NCBI RefSeq assembly: GCF_006345805.1
Contig: NC_043007.1
Span: 34,782,001 to 34,846,000, forward strand
Direction of reading: 5' to 3'
DNA from: Octopus sinensis
Lineage: Eukaryota
Length of the DNA: 64,000 bases
Part shown: positions 12,078 to 24,932 of the stretch, one piece after another
Layout: every line of letters begins with the position of its first letter
Numbering within the stretch: position 1 is the first letter of the stretch
Program-made: the position numbers and the translations under genes
Notes under the pieces: model-generated
Database searches by the model: none
Seen by the model: only the letters and a program-made list of their open reading frames with translations
Told to the model about the DNA's origin: nothing

Positions 12078-13090
12078 TTGTCTTGAAATTGTGATGGTTG
12101 TCAACAAGCATCACCATTGTGCTAGCGATGTCATTTATTTCCAGATTTCCATGGAATCCTTTTTTGCCCGTTGGGAAATAACATCTTACTTGGAAACATG
12201 TGAGGGTTAGCAACAGGAAAGGCATCTGGTTGAGCGAAACCTGCCTCGGAAATATGTGAGGGTTAGCAACAGGAAAGGCATCTGGTTGAGCAAAACCTGC
12301 CTCGGAAATATGTGAGGATTAGCAACAGGAAAGGCATCTGGTTGAGCGAAACCTGCCTCGGAAATATGTGAGGGTTAGCAACAGGAAAGGCATCTGGTTG
12401 AGCAAAACCTGCCTCGGAAATATGTGAGGGTTAGCAACAGGAAAGGCATCTGGTTAAGCAAAACCTGCCTCGGAAATATGTGAGGGTTAGCAACAGGAAA
12501 GGCATCTGGTTAAGCAAAACCTGCCTCGGAAATATGTGAGGGTTAGCAACAGGAAAGGCATCTGGTTGAGCAAAACCTGCCTCGGAAATATGTGAGGGTT
12601 AGCAACAGGAAAGGCATCTGGTTGAGCAAAACCTGCCTCGGAAATATGTGAGGGTTAGCGACAGGAAAGGCATCTGGTTGAGCAAAACCTGCCTCGGAAA
12701 TATGTGAGGGTTAGCGACAGGAAAGGCATCTGGTTAAGCAAAACCTGCCTCGGAAATATGTGAGGGTTAACGACAGGAAAGGCATCTGGTTGAGCAAAAC
12801 CTGCCTCGGAAATATTTGAGGGTTAGCAACAGGGAAGGCATCCGGTTGAGCAAAACCTGCCTCGGAAATATTTGAGGGTTAGTGACAGGAAAAGCATCTG
12901 GTTGAGCAAAACCTGCCCCGGAAATATGTGAGGGTTAGCTACAGGAAAGGCATCTGGTTAAGCAAAACCTGCCTCGGAAATATATGAGAGTTAGTGACAG
13001 GAAAGGCATCTGGTTAAGCAAAACCTGCCTCAACAAATTCTGTCTGCCCTATGCAAATGTGAGAAAGTGGACATTATAATGATGATGATG
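11850..13090 (+). mobile_element. SINE with family-A-like head and RTE-like (GAT)n tail, hosting an internal minisatellite
   Basis: Head catggctgtgtgattaag...gggttcagtccc; tail gagaaagtggacattataatgatgatgatg. An unexpanded relative of the tail lies at 34310-34475. Confidence 0.6.
12198..13030 (+). repeat. 56-bp minisatellite, about 15 copies
   Basis: Unit atgtgagggttagcaacaggaaaggcatctggttgagcaaaacctgcctcggaaat; period 56 (12198, 12254, ...). Confidence 0.95.
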
Positions 13091-13898
13091 GCTAAAATAT
13101 GAAATCAAAACTGATTGTTATCATAAACTGAAAATCCATTATATGCAACTGAGGCAGTTTTTAATTAAAACAGCCATTTATACATCATGTTTAATGTATA
13201 CACACTGTCCTTAGGCCAGTTACTGCAGTATTTTTCCTGAAATAACATCTCTTGTGGACTTGCTTTTTTAAAAACTCCATAAATATCATAAGGGTGAAAA
13301 TCTGGCCCAGCGGCAGCCAGTGCAAGCACCAGATGCATTTCACCATTCTTAGGCTTTTTCAGTGGCACATACTGTAAGCAGTCACATGCTTGGACAAGGA
13401 TTTGTTGTCTCTGATATGCCACTCCATCAGTTATGACAACAAGAGTTTCCAGTTGATCTGATCAGTGGAACAGCTTGCTCATGAATTTAATATGCAAGTG
13501 ATAGAAAAGAGTAAAATTAAGACCCCATTATATTTCTGGGAGATTCATCAAGGCGCAGGAGTGGCTGTGTGGTGAGTAGCTTGCTTACCAACCACATGGT
13601 CATGGGTTCAGTTCCACTGCATGGCACCTTGGGCAAGTGTCTTCTACTATAGCCTCGGGCCGACCAAAGCCTTGTGAGTGGATTTGGTAGACGGAAACTG
13701 AAAGAAGCCCGTCGTATATATGTATATATATAATATATATATATATTCAGCCTAGTACTTATTCTATCAGTCGCTTTTGCCGAACTGGCTAAGTTACAGG
13801 GACGTAAACACACCAGCATCGGTTGTCAAGCGATGTTGGGGTGGGGACAAACACAGACACACAAACATATACACACATATACATACATATATATATAT

Positions 13899-13938
<40 letters not shown>

Positions 13939-15035
13939 GTATGTATATGGTGTGTATATTTGTGTGTCTGTGTTTTGCCCCCCCCCCAACATCGCTTGAC
14001 AACCGATGCTGGTGTGTTTACGTCCCTGTAACTTAGCAGTTCGGCAAAAGCGACTAATAGAATAAGTACTAGGCTTACAAAGAGTAAGTCCTGGGGTTGA
14101 TTTGCTCGACTAAAAGGCGGTGCTCCAGCATGGCCATAGTCAAATGACTGAAACAAATAAAAGAGTAACATGGTCAAGTGGGTTTGCAGTTAGGGAAGGC
14201 TTTCAGCTGCAATAAATATAAATAAATACCATTAAAAAATTGTTCCATCTAAGGAAACGCTTGTAGCCATTCGTGCGTGAAAATATAGGAATGTAGAACA
14301 ATTATAACCCATAGAATAAATAAGCTTAATTAAACATAGAAATATATTATGTCTTAAACTAAATTGATTATTTGGCTTTTGCATATAATTAATTATATAC
14401 TCACTGATTATCAGTTACATATCAATAGTTATATTTTTTAATTTGTTCATTAGCTGCTGATTAATTAAAATACATGCAAGGGAAGAAGGAGAGAACTTGT
14501 ACATGGTTTGCTCAGCTTACTAGAAGCAGCAGTCAAATTTCCATCATGTCACACAAAGGAATGGGGACACTTTAGATAATGTAGTCCCAGATATGCATGT
14601 AGAAAATAAAAGATTTTTTGTTGTTGTTTAGCCCTTGGTCAGCCTCAGTCAAGCAGGCCTGTGATTAACCTCTTTGTTACCATATTTCTACTGATGCGAC
14701 ATGATTTTATTTCAGTTAATTTTGAGATGGGTAAAGAGTAAAAATCCCTGCTTCGGTCATGAATGACCATGGGATTGCACCTAAAAAGTTCCCCTCAAAG
14801 GCACAAGTCTGGGCAGAGTTGTTTATGGAAGACAAGCAAACACCTATGCACCCCCACTCTCCATGCCACTGATGTTAGCCAAGGAAAAAGAAAAGGTTGG
14901 TGCAGCTTGGAACCAGTGATTTCGCAACACATTTCTACAGCTGAGTTAACTGGAGCAGCATAAAATAGAGTGTTTTGCTCAAAAACACAACACACAGCCC
15001 AGTGTGTGTCTGTCTATATATATATATATATATAG

Positions 15036-15084
<49 letters not shown>

Positions 15085-15605
15085 GTATGTGTGTATATAT
15101 ATATATATAATATATATATATATAAATAAATAAATAAATGGAGTTGAACGAAGATGTTAATAATAAAATTCCTTTACTTTAGAAAGTAAAGGAATTTTAT
15201 TATTAACATCTTTGTTCAGCTCCATTTATATATTTATTCATATGTAACACACAAATTTCTGCACATGAACCCGGAGTTTCTACCTTTGGATAGGTTGCTT
15301 CAACCGTGTTTCTGACGTGAATTTGCTACCCTGGTATCGGTTCATCGAATTTTCCCTGTTGACGGTAAACATAGGATAATTCATTCACCCATCGATGTAT
15401 ATATATATATTCACATACAGGGTGGCACGTAAAAAGCACCCACTACCCTCACGGAGTGGTTGGCGTTAGGAAGGGCATCCAGCCGTAGAAACACTGCCAG
15501 ATCAGACTGGGCCTGATGCAGCCTTCTGGCTTCACAGACCCCAGTTGAACCGTCCAACCCATGCTAGCATGGAAAGCAGACGCTAAATGATGATGATGAT
15601 GATGA

Positions 15606-16345
15606 TACAGGGGGCAATGGGTAAATTGTTACCATTTTACATTACTAATTTCGCGCATGCGCATTGTTTGTTTTTGATTTTGTTGACTACACAGTATAGT
15701 AGGATCAGTTGGGCACTATCTGTAAGAAAAACAGCACGATGATACGATTCAATCGCCAGAAATTTGGAAACGACATGCTGGAAACGACATTCATGCCAGA
15801 AGCTCCAATACAAACATTTCAGAGTGTTGAGAGATCACTAGTGATGGCGACGTTATGTCTCCATTCATCTTCTCACACTCAACACAGAGGCCTACATCGA
15901 GTGCCTGGATGAGGTTGTCCAGGACTCTGCACCATGTTACACAAGCAAGAGAACCCAGTCATGGCTGTCAGACAATTTCTTTGACCACATCGCCCTAACA
16001 TCTGGCCACCTGACTCCCCAGATTGCAACTCCCTTGATTATTATGTGTGGGGCACAGTTGAGTGAGAGACCAGCAAAACTCCTTGTAACACCAAAGATGG
16101 ACTGAAGGCAAGGATTATTGCAGCATTCATCAACTTAAACAAGGAGACCGTCCAGAAGAGTTGCAGAAGATTACAAAGTCGTCTGGAGGCTATTTTTGAA
16201 GCCAATGACGTTTCTATTGAATAAATTTACTCATAAGTATTTCAAGATATTTTTATGTAATTTTGGTAAATATATCTGTTAAAGTGAGATGTCAGAGTTA
16301 TTTTCATTTTTGCATAATTTAGACGACACTATATTCACCACACCA
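15606..16345 (+). mobile_element. Internally deleted DD37D (maT-type) Tc1/mariner transposon remnant
   Basis: QDSAPCYTSKRTQSWLSDNF...WPPDSPDCNSLDYYVWGTV. With one frameshift corrected there are 37 residues between the two Asp. C-terminus CRRLQSRLEAIFEAN. Confidence 0.75.
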
Positions 16346-16845
16346 ACATCACCATCGTCATCATCATCATTTAACATCCGTGTTCCATGCTAGCATGGGT
16401 GGGACAGTACCACAAGAGCCAGCCAGGCCGAAGTCTGCACCAGACTTCTGTGACAGGTTATGGTAGGATTTTTACAGCTGGATGCCCTTCCTAACACTAA
16501 CCACTCAGCAGAGTGGATTTAGTGGTTTTTATGAGGCACAAGCACAGGCAATGTGTGTAGTGCTTTTTATGTGAAACAAGGACAGGCAAGGTTTTTACAT
16601 CTGGTTTCCCTTCTGAACCCCAACCACTTTACAGTGTGGATTGGGTGCTGTTAAGTGACACCTGCACTGACAGAGTCACCAAGTACATGCAAGACAAAAA
16701 CTTTTAAGTGGGGAGGAGGTGATAAGAAAAAGATTATAGTGAGACAGATAAAGGAAGTAAAGGTTATCCAGCTGGAGAGAGACGGATCAGGAATGAAGAC
16801 AGAAACAAGTGTGCCACCCTCTCTCTCTATATATATATATATATG

Positions 16846-17077
16846 AAGGCGGCGAGCTGGTAGAAACGTTAGCACGCCGGGTGAAATGCGTTGCTGTATT
16901 TTGTCTGCCATTACGTTCCGAGTTCAAATTCCGCCGAGGTCGACTTTGCCTGTCATCCTTCTCGGGTCGATAAATTAAGTACCAGTTACGCACTGGGGTC
17001 AATGTAATCGACTTAATTCGTTTGTCTGTCCTTGTTTGTCCCCTCTATGTTTAGCCCCTTGTGGGCAATAAAGAAAT
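16846..17077 (+). mobile_element. SINE family B monomer (tRNA-derived, Meta/Sauria-SINE-like core)
   Basis: Head aggcggcgagctgg, B-box gagttcaaattcc, family core gcctttcatcctttcggggtcgataaattaagtacc. Copies at about 2576-2808(-), 5232-5464(-), 28656-28862(-), 36166-36391(-, TSD taggcttgtttcagtttct), 46935-47168(-, TSD aagacaacctgcattc), 57865-58096(-) and 60002-60235(-). Confidence 0.85.
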
Positions 17078-17099
17078 ATATATAATTTATTCATATAAA

Positions 17100-17330
17100 A
17101 GGGTAAAACCCCATTCGGTCATGAATGGTCATGGGATTGCACCTAGAAAGTTACCTTCCAAGACACAAGTCTGGGCAAGGTTGTTTATGGAAGCCCAGCA
17201 GTTGCCCATGCATACAAACCTCTCGTCTTCACACCACAGACGTATTCCAAGAGAAAGGCAAAGTCCGATATAGCTTGACACCAGTGACATCGCAACTCAT
17301 TTCTAAAGCTAAGTGAACTGGAGCAATAGG
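17100..17330 (-). mobile_element. Further dispersed SINE-like family D fragment
   Basis: cggtcatgaatgaccatgggattgcacct... is also present at about 14735-15000 and inverted at 28865-28990. Confidence 0.55.
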
Positions 17331-17433
17331 AAAGAAAAAACTCGTAACAACTGTGTAACCTTGGATTCTGTCCCACCGCATAGCACATTGGGCAAGTGTT
17401 TTCAGGTGTAGCTGTGTGGTAAGAAGTTTGCTT

Positions 17434-20400
17434 AAGGCGGTGAGCAGGCAGAAGCATTAGCATGCTGGTCGACTTTGCCTTTCATCCTTTCGGGGTCAAG
17501 AAATTAAGTACCAGTTATGCACTGGGGTTGATATAATCGACTTAATCCGTTTGTCTGTCCTTGTTTGTCCTCTCTGTGTTCAGCCCCTTGTGGGTAGTAA
17601 AGAAATAGGTATTTCGTCTGCCGCCACATTCTGAGTTCAAATTCCGCCGAGGTCGACTTTGCCTTTCATCCTTTCGGGGTCGAGAAATTAAGTACCAGTT
17701 ATGTACTGGGGTCGATGTAATCAACTTAATCCGTTTGTCTGTCCTGTTTGTCCTCTCTGTGTTCAGCCCTTGTGGGTAGTAAAGAAATAGGTATTTCATC
17801 TGCCGCTACATTCTGAGTTCAAATTCCGGGGTCGACTTTACCTTTCATCCTTTCGGGGTCGAGAAATTAAGTACCAGTTATGTACTGGGGTCGATGTAAT
17901 CAACTTAATCCCTTTGTCTGTCCTTGTTTGTCCTCTCTGTGTTCAGCCCCTTGTGGGTAGTAAAGAAATAGGTATTTCATCTGCCGCTACATTCTGAGTT
18001 CAAATTCCGCCGAGGTCGACTTTACCTTTCATCCTTTCGGGGTCGAGAAATTAAGTACCAGTTATGTACTGGGGTCGATGTAATCAACTTAATCCCTTTG
18101 TCTGTCCTTGTTTGTCCTCTCTGTGTTCAGCCCCTTGTGGGTAGTAAAGAAATAGGTATTTCATCTGCCGCTACATTCTGAGTTCAAATTCCGCCGAGGT
18201 CGACTTTGCCTTTCATCCTTTCGGGGTCGAGAAATTAAGTACCAGTTATGTACTGGGGTCGATGTAATCGACTTAATCCGTTTGTCTGTCCTTGTTTGTC
18301 CTCTCTGTGTTCAGCCTTGTGGGTAGTAAAGAAATAGGTATTTCATCTGCCGCTACATTCTGAGTTCAAATTCCGCCGAGGTCGACTTTACCTTTCATCC
18401 TTTCGGGGTCGAGAAATAAGTACCAGTTATGTACTGGGGTCGATGTAATCAACTTAATCCGTTTGTCTGTCCTTGTTTGTCTCTCTGTGTTCAGCCCCTT
18501 GTGGGTAGTGAAGAAATAGGTATTCATCTGCCGCTACATTCTGAGTTCAAATTCCGCCGAGGTCGACTTTGCCTTTCATCCTTTCGGGGTCGAGAAATTA
18601 AGTACCAGTTATGTACTGGGGTCGATGTAATCAACTTAATCCGTTTGTCTGTCCTTGTTTGTCCTCTCTGTGTTCAGCCCCTTGTGGGTAGTAAAGAAAT
18701 AGGTATTTCATCTGCCGCTACATTCTGAGTTCAAATTCCGCCGAGGTCGACTTTACCTTTCATCCTTTCGGGGTCGAGAAATTAAGTACCAGTTATGTAC
18801 TGGGGTCGATGTAATCAACTTAATCCGTTTGTCTGTCCTTGTTTGTCCTCTCTGTGTTCAGCCCCTTGTGGGTAGTAAAGAAATAGGTATTTCATCTGCC
18901 GCTACATTCTGAGTTCAAATTCCGCCGAGGTCGACTTTACCTTTCATCCTTTCGGGGTCGAGAAATTAAGTACCAGTTATGTACTGGGGTCGATGTAATC
19001 AACTTAATCCGTTTGTCTGTCCTTGTTTGTCCTCTTCTGTGTTCAGCCCTTGTGGGTAGTAAAGAAATAGGTATTTCATCTGCCGCTACATTCTGAGTTC
19101 AAATTCCGCCGAGGTCGACTTTACCTTTCATCTTTCGGGGTCGAGAAATTAAGTACCAGTTATGTACTGGGGTCGATGTAATCAACTTAATCCGTTGTCT
19201 GTCCTTGTTTGTCCTCTCTGTGTTCAGCCCCTTGTGGGTAGTAAAGAAATAGGTATTTCATCTGCCGCTACATTCTGAGTTCAAATTCCGCCGAGGTCGA
19301 CTTACCTTTCATCCTTTCGGGGTCGAGAAATTAAGTACCAGTTATGTACTGGGGCGATGTAATCAACTTAATCCGTTTGTCTGTCCTTGTTTGTCCTCTC
19401 TGTGTTCAGCCCTTGTGGGTAGTAAAGAAATAGGTATTTCATCTGCCACTACATTCTGAGTTCAAATTCCGCCGAGGTCGGACTTTACCTTTCATCCTTT
19501 CGGGGTCGAGAAATTAAATACCAGTTATGTACTGGGGTCGATGTAATCAACTTAATCCGTTTGTCTGTCCTGTTTGTCCTCTCTGTGTTCAGCCCCTTGG
19601 GGTAGTAAAGAAATAGGTATTTCATCTGCCGCTACATTCTGAGTTCAAATTCCGCCGAGGTCGACTTTACCTTTCATCCTTTCGGGGTCGAGAAATTAAG
19701 TACCAGGTATGTACTGGGGTCGATGTAATCAACTTAATCCCTTGTCTGTCCTTGTTTGTCCTCTCTTGTTCAGCCCCTTGTGGGTAGTTAGTAAAGAAAT
19801 AGGTATTTCATCTGCCGCTACATTCTGAGTTCAAATTCCGCCGAGGTCGACTTACCTTTCATCCTTTCGGGGTCGAGAAATTAAGTACCAGTTATGTACT
19901 GGGGTCGATGTAATCAACTTAATCCGTTTGTCTGTCCTTGTTTGTCCTCTCTGTGTTCAGCCCCTTGTGGGTAGTAAAGAAATAGGTATTTCATCTGCCA
20001 CTACATTCTGAGTTCAAATTCGCGCGAGGTCGACTTTACCTTTCATCCTTTCGGGGGCGAGAAATAAGTACCAGTTATGTACTGGGGTCGATGTAATCAA
20101 CTTAATCCGTTTGTCTGTCCTTGTTTGTCCTCTCTGTGTTCAGCCCTTGTGGGTAGTAAAGAAATAGGTATTTCATCTGCCGCTACATTCTGAGTTCAAA
20201 TTCCGCCGAGGTCGACTTTACCTTTCATCCTTTCGGGGTCGAGAAATTAAGTACCAGTTATGTACTGGGGTCGATGTAATCAACTTAATCCCTTTGTCTG
20301 TCCTTGTTTGTCCTCTCTGTGTTCAGCCCTTGTGGGTAGTAAAGAAATAGGTATTTCATCTGCCGCTACATTCTGAGTTCAAATTCCGCTGAGGTCGACT

Positions 20401-20531
20401 TTGCCTTTCATCCTTTCGGGGTCGAGAAATTAAGTACCAGTTATGTACTGGGGTCGATGTAATCGACTTAATCCGTTTGTCTGTCCTTGTTTGTCCTCTC
20501 TATGTTCAGCCCCTTGTGGGCAATAAAGAAA
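17434..20531 (+). repeat. Head-to-tail array of 17 SINE-B units (~183 bp period) flanked by a 14-bp TSD
   Basis: 16 aaagaaatag|gtatt junctions. TAAGAAGTTTGCTT occurs at 17420-17433 and 20532-20545. The array interrupts the head of an older SINE. Confidence 0.95.
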
Positions 20532-21184
20532 TAAGAAGTTTGCTTCCCAGCCACATGATTTTCAGTTCAGTCCCACTGCATCGCACCTAGGGCAGGTGTC
20601 TTCCTGGGTATATCAAAGACTTTTGAATGGATTTGGTCGACAAAAACTGAAAAAAGCCTGTTGCGTGTGTATTTGTCTGCTACAAATGCTTGATTAACTG
20701 GTGTTGGTGTATTTGCATCCCTATAACTTAGTGGTTTCACAAAAGAAATATATGTACGTATGTGGTGTGTGTGTGTGTGTATGTGTTTCTATGTCTAGAC
20801 ATCAAGTGATGGTGGTGGATTATCTGTGGCTTAAATTCCATCGTGTAACCATCCATCATTTGTTTCGAAGCTAAGTCATATATCCTTTTGACTGGACAGT
20901 TGTCACACTAGTCTGGAAATAAATCACACCACTTGTAGACAGTTATGGTCGTTTGCAACCATCAAGTAATCTCAAGATGACAAGGTCTACACACACAAAC
21001 ACACACACACACGCACACTCACACATCTACATCATCTTCATCATCATTGTTTAAATGTCTACTTTTCAATCCCTGAAGATATATATATATATATTTGTAT
21101 GTCTGTATATATATGTACATATACATACATATGCATGTGTATATATATATATATATATATATAAATATCGATATATACATGTAT

Positions 21185-21216
<32 letters not shown>

Positions 21217-21250
21217 CATACATACATAATATATATATATACACACATCT

Positions 21251-21283
<33 letters not shown>

Positions 21284-21659
21284 CAAATATATGCAGAAAA
21301 TTACTCAATTTCATTCGGCTCCTGTCCCCCCTCCTCCTCCAAGTTATTAAAGATAACCAGACTCTCGACACTATAATCAGTGCTAGACAGATTTTATAAT
21401 TGATGTCTCTAATTACAACACTAATCATTATTTCTGCTTTTAACCAAGTTTGCTCCACTGACTGACATCTAACTTATTCTTTTAAGAGTACACATAACAA
21501 AGAATAAAAAAAAAAAAAACAAGCAGAAGCAAGAAAAAAGAAAATAAAAGAATCTGCCTAGCACTTCATATTTCGGTGACGCATTCTGAGGCTGGAAATG
21601 AAACACTGGATGTATTTGTTTTTTTTTTTTAAGGTGATGGTGCTTACTGTCATCATCAC

Positions 21660-21692
<33 letters not shown>

Positions 21693-22253
21693 TTAATGTC
21701 CATTGTCCACGCTGGCATGGATTGGTCTGTTTGACTGGGCTGGCACACTGGAAAGGCTGCGTCAGAGGCTCCAGTCTGATTTGGCACGGTTTTCTACGGC
21801 CCGGATGCCCTTCCTAACGCCAACCACTCCGAGGGTGTAATGGGTGCTTTTACATGTCACCGGCATGGGTGCCAATTGTGTGACACTGGTATGTGCCACA
21901 ACTGTGATTTTACTCAACTTGATGGGTCTTCTTCTCAAGCACAACATAATGCCAGAGGTCTCAGTCATTGCCTCCATGAGGCCCAGCGCTCGAAAGGAAC
22001 TGGTTGTCATAACCATCATCATCATTGGATCATAATTGTCATCATCATTATGGTTGTTGTCATCACTGACATCATCGTCAGCATCATCATCATCATAATC
22101 ATTATCATCATTATCATTATCATGATTATCCTCATCACCGTTCTCATCACCATCATTATCCTCATCACTTTCATCATCGTAATCATTATCATTATCACAG
22201 TGATTATCATCATCATCATCATTGTCATCATCATCATCATCATTCTCATCATT

Positions 22254-22762
22254 AAAGTGGTGAGCTGGCAGAAATGTTAGGATGCCAGGCAAAATGCTTA
22301 GCGGCATTTCATCTGCCATTACGTTCTGAGTTCAAATTCCACCAAGGTCGACTTTGCCTTTCATCCTTTCGGGGTCGATAAATTAAGTACCAGTTACGCA
22401 CTAGGGTTGATGTAATCGACTTAATCCGTTTGTCTGTCCTTGTTTGTCCTCTCTGTGTTTAGCCCCTTGTGGGTAGTAAGGAAATAGGTATTTCGTTCAT
22501 CACTACGTTCTGAGTTCAAATTCTGCTGAAGTCAACTTTGCCTTTTATCCTTTCGGGGTCGATAAATTAAGTACCAGTTACGCACTAGGGTTGATGTAAT
22601 CGACTTAATCCGTTTGTCTGTCCTTGTTAGTCCTCTCTGTGTTTAGCCCCTTGTGGGTAGTAAGGAAATAGGTATTTCGTTCATCACTACGTTCTGAGTT
22701 CAAATTCTGCTGAGGTCAACTTTGCCTTTTATCTTTTTGGGGTCGATAAATTAAGTACCAGT
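22254..22762 (+). mobile_element. SINE-B 2.5-mer
   Basis: Head plus two gaaatag|gtatttcg junctions, embedded in (CAT)n low-complexity DNA (21990-23180). Confidence 0.85.
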
Positions 22763-23268
22763 GAAACACTGGGGTCACTGTAATCGGTTAGTACCTCTCC
22801 CCACAAACTTCAAGCCTTGTGCTTTTAGTAGAAAGGGTTATTATTATCATGATTATTGTCATCGCCATTCTCATCATCATCATCATCATCAGAACTCCCA
22901 TCATTGTAACCATTATCATTATCATCATCTTTATTATCATCATCATGATCATCATTTTCATCATCATCGTAATCGTTGGTGTCCTTGTTGTCATCGTTAC
23001 CTTCATCATAACAGTCAGTGATGTAATTATTGTCGTCATACTTATCGTTATCATTGCCTTCACCATCGCAATCAGTGATGTCATTAACTTTGTCATGATT
23101 AACATCATCATCAATAGTTTAATTCTTATTATCATCATCATCATCATCACCACCATCATCAACATCATCATTTCAATCACCATTTTGATTGTGTAGTTGA
23201 CATTTCTTCATCCCCTTTCACTGTCTTTCTCTTTCTTTCTCTGTCTCTCTTTCTCCCCATATATATTT

Positions 23269-23318
<50 letters not shown>

Positions 23319-23333
23319 CTATCTATCTATCTA

Positions 23334-23405
<72 letters not shown>

Positions 23406-23517
23406 AGTATATGTACTATTTTATTAACGCTGAAAAATCTTCACAAATCTTTACTTGGAGTTTCATGTGACCGGTCATCTGATACTTGTGATATTATACT
23501 GCGTTGCTTTGCACCTA

Positions 23518-23561
<44 letters not shown>

Positions 23562-23830
23562 TATATATATATAGATAGATAGATATATATATATATATTT
23601 ATAGCGCAATGGCCCAGTGGTTAGGGCAGCGAACTTGCGGTCGGAGGATCGCGGTTTCGATTCCCAGACCGGGCGTTGTGTGTGTTTATTGAGCGAAAAC
23701 ACCTAAAAGCTCCACGAGGCTCCGGCAGGGGATGGTGGTGATCCCTGCTGTACTCTTTCACCACTCTAAAGGCGGTGCTCCAGCATGGCCGCAGTCAAAT
23801 GGCTGAAACAAGTACAAAAAAAAAAATAAA

Positions 23831-23862
<32 letters not shown>

Positions 23863-24871
23863 TATTTAAATACAGCAATAAGACAATGGAGGGGATCAAG
23901 AGGTACTATTCATAAATTTTTATATTATGTCTGTTTAGTTATTTAAAAAAAAACCAATTATAACAATATGCATACATGTGTGGTAAGTAGCTTGCTTACC
24001 AGCCATATTGTTCCGGGTTCAGTCCCACTGCGTGGCACCTTGGGCAAGTGTCTTCTACTATAGCCTCAGACCGACCAAAGCCTTGTGAGTGAATTTGGTA
24101 GACGGAAACTGAAAGAAGCCCGTCATATATATGTATATATATATGTATGTGTGTGTATGTGTTTGGTTGTCTGTGTTTGACCCCCAACATCACTTGGCAA
24201 CCGATGCTGGTGTGTTTACCTCCCCGTAACTTAGCAGTTCGGCAAAAAATACCGATAGAATAAGTACTAGGTTTACAAAGAATAAGTCCTGGGGTTAATT
24301 TCTTCGACTAAAGGCGGTGCTCCAGCATGGCCACAGTCAAATGACTGAAACAAGTAAAAGAGTAAAGAGAGAGTAAAGCATAATCTGTCATACATGCATG
24401 TATATTGTTATAATTTTTTCAAAAAATAGACATAATATGTCTAAAAGTTGATGAATATCACCTCTTGATCCGCCTCCTTTTTCTTATTGCCGTATTAATT
24501 AAGGTAAAGCATCTTTTTAACCTCGCCCATTTATTACATTCAGTAATGTAATTGCCATGCAATAAAAAACACTTGTGTATTAATAATTGGGTATTCTACC
24601 AGCAGTATTTTGGATAACTCTCTTGGAATTATATTTAAATATATATTATATATTTTTCCGGATGAATTTATCTTCATCCTTTAATAGGAATTTTTTCCAT
24701 AGATTTCTAATGTTTTTTGCTCATACATTATTTTCTAATTTTTAAATTGTATAGGTATGAAAGTATGTAAAGAAATAATCAACATCAGATTTTATTTTTT
24801 AAACAAAGTTCAATAAATTTCATCATTTAAATGAAATGAAGCAGATTGGATGTTAAAATGGATTATCCATA

Positions 24872-24932
<61 letters not shown>

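Noticed and set aside
12198-13030. CRISPR-like regular repeat
   Set aside because: Units are contiguous with no unique spacers, there are no cas genes, the context is eukaryotic, and the unit derives from a SINE tail.
17434-20531. tRNA/5S/snRNA gene cluster or hammerhead retrozyme array
   Set aside because: Units lack an A-box and cloverleaf and match a dispersed SINE. No CUGANGA...GAAA core was seen on either strand.
21762-23196. Long Asp-, Ile-, His- or Met-rich ORFs
   Set aside because: These are translations of (CAT)n low-complexity DNA, open in several frames on both strands.
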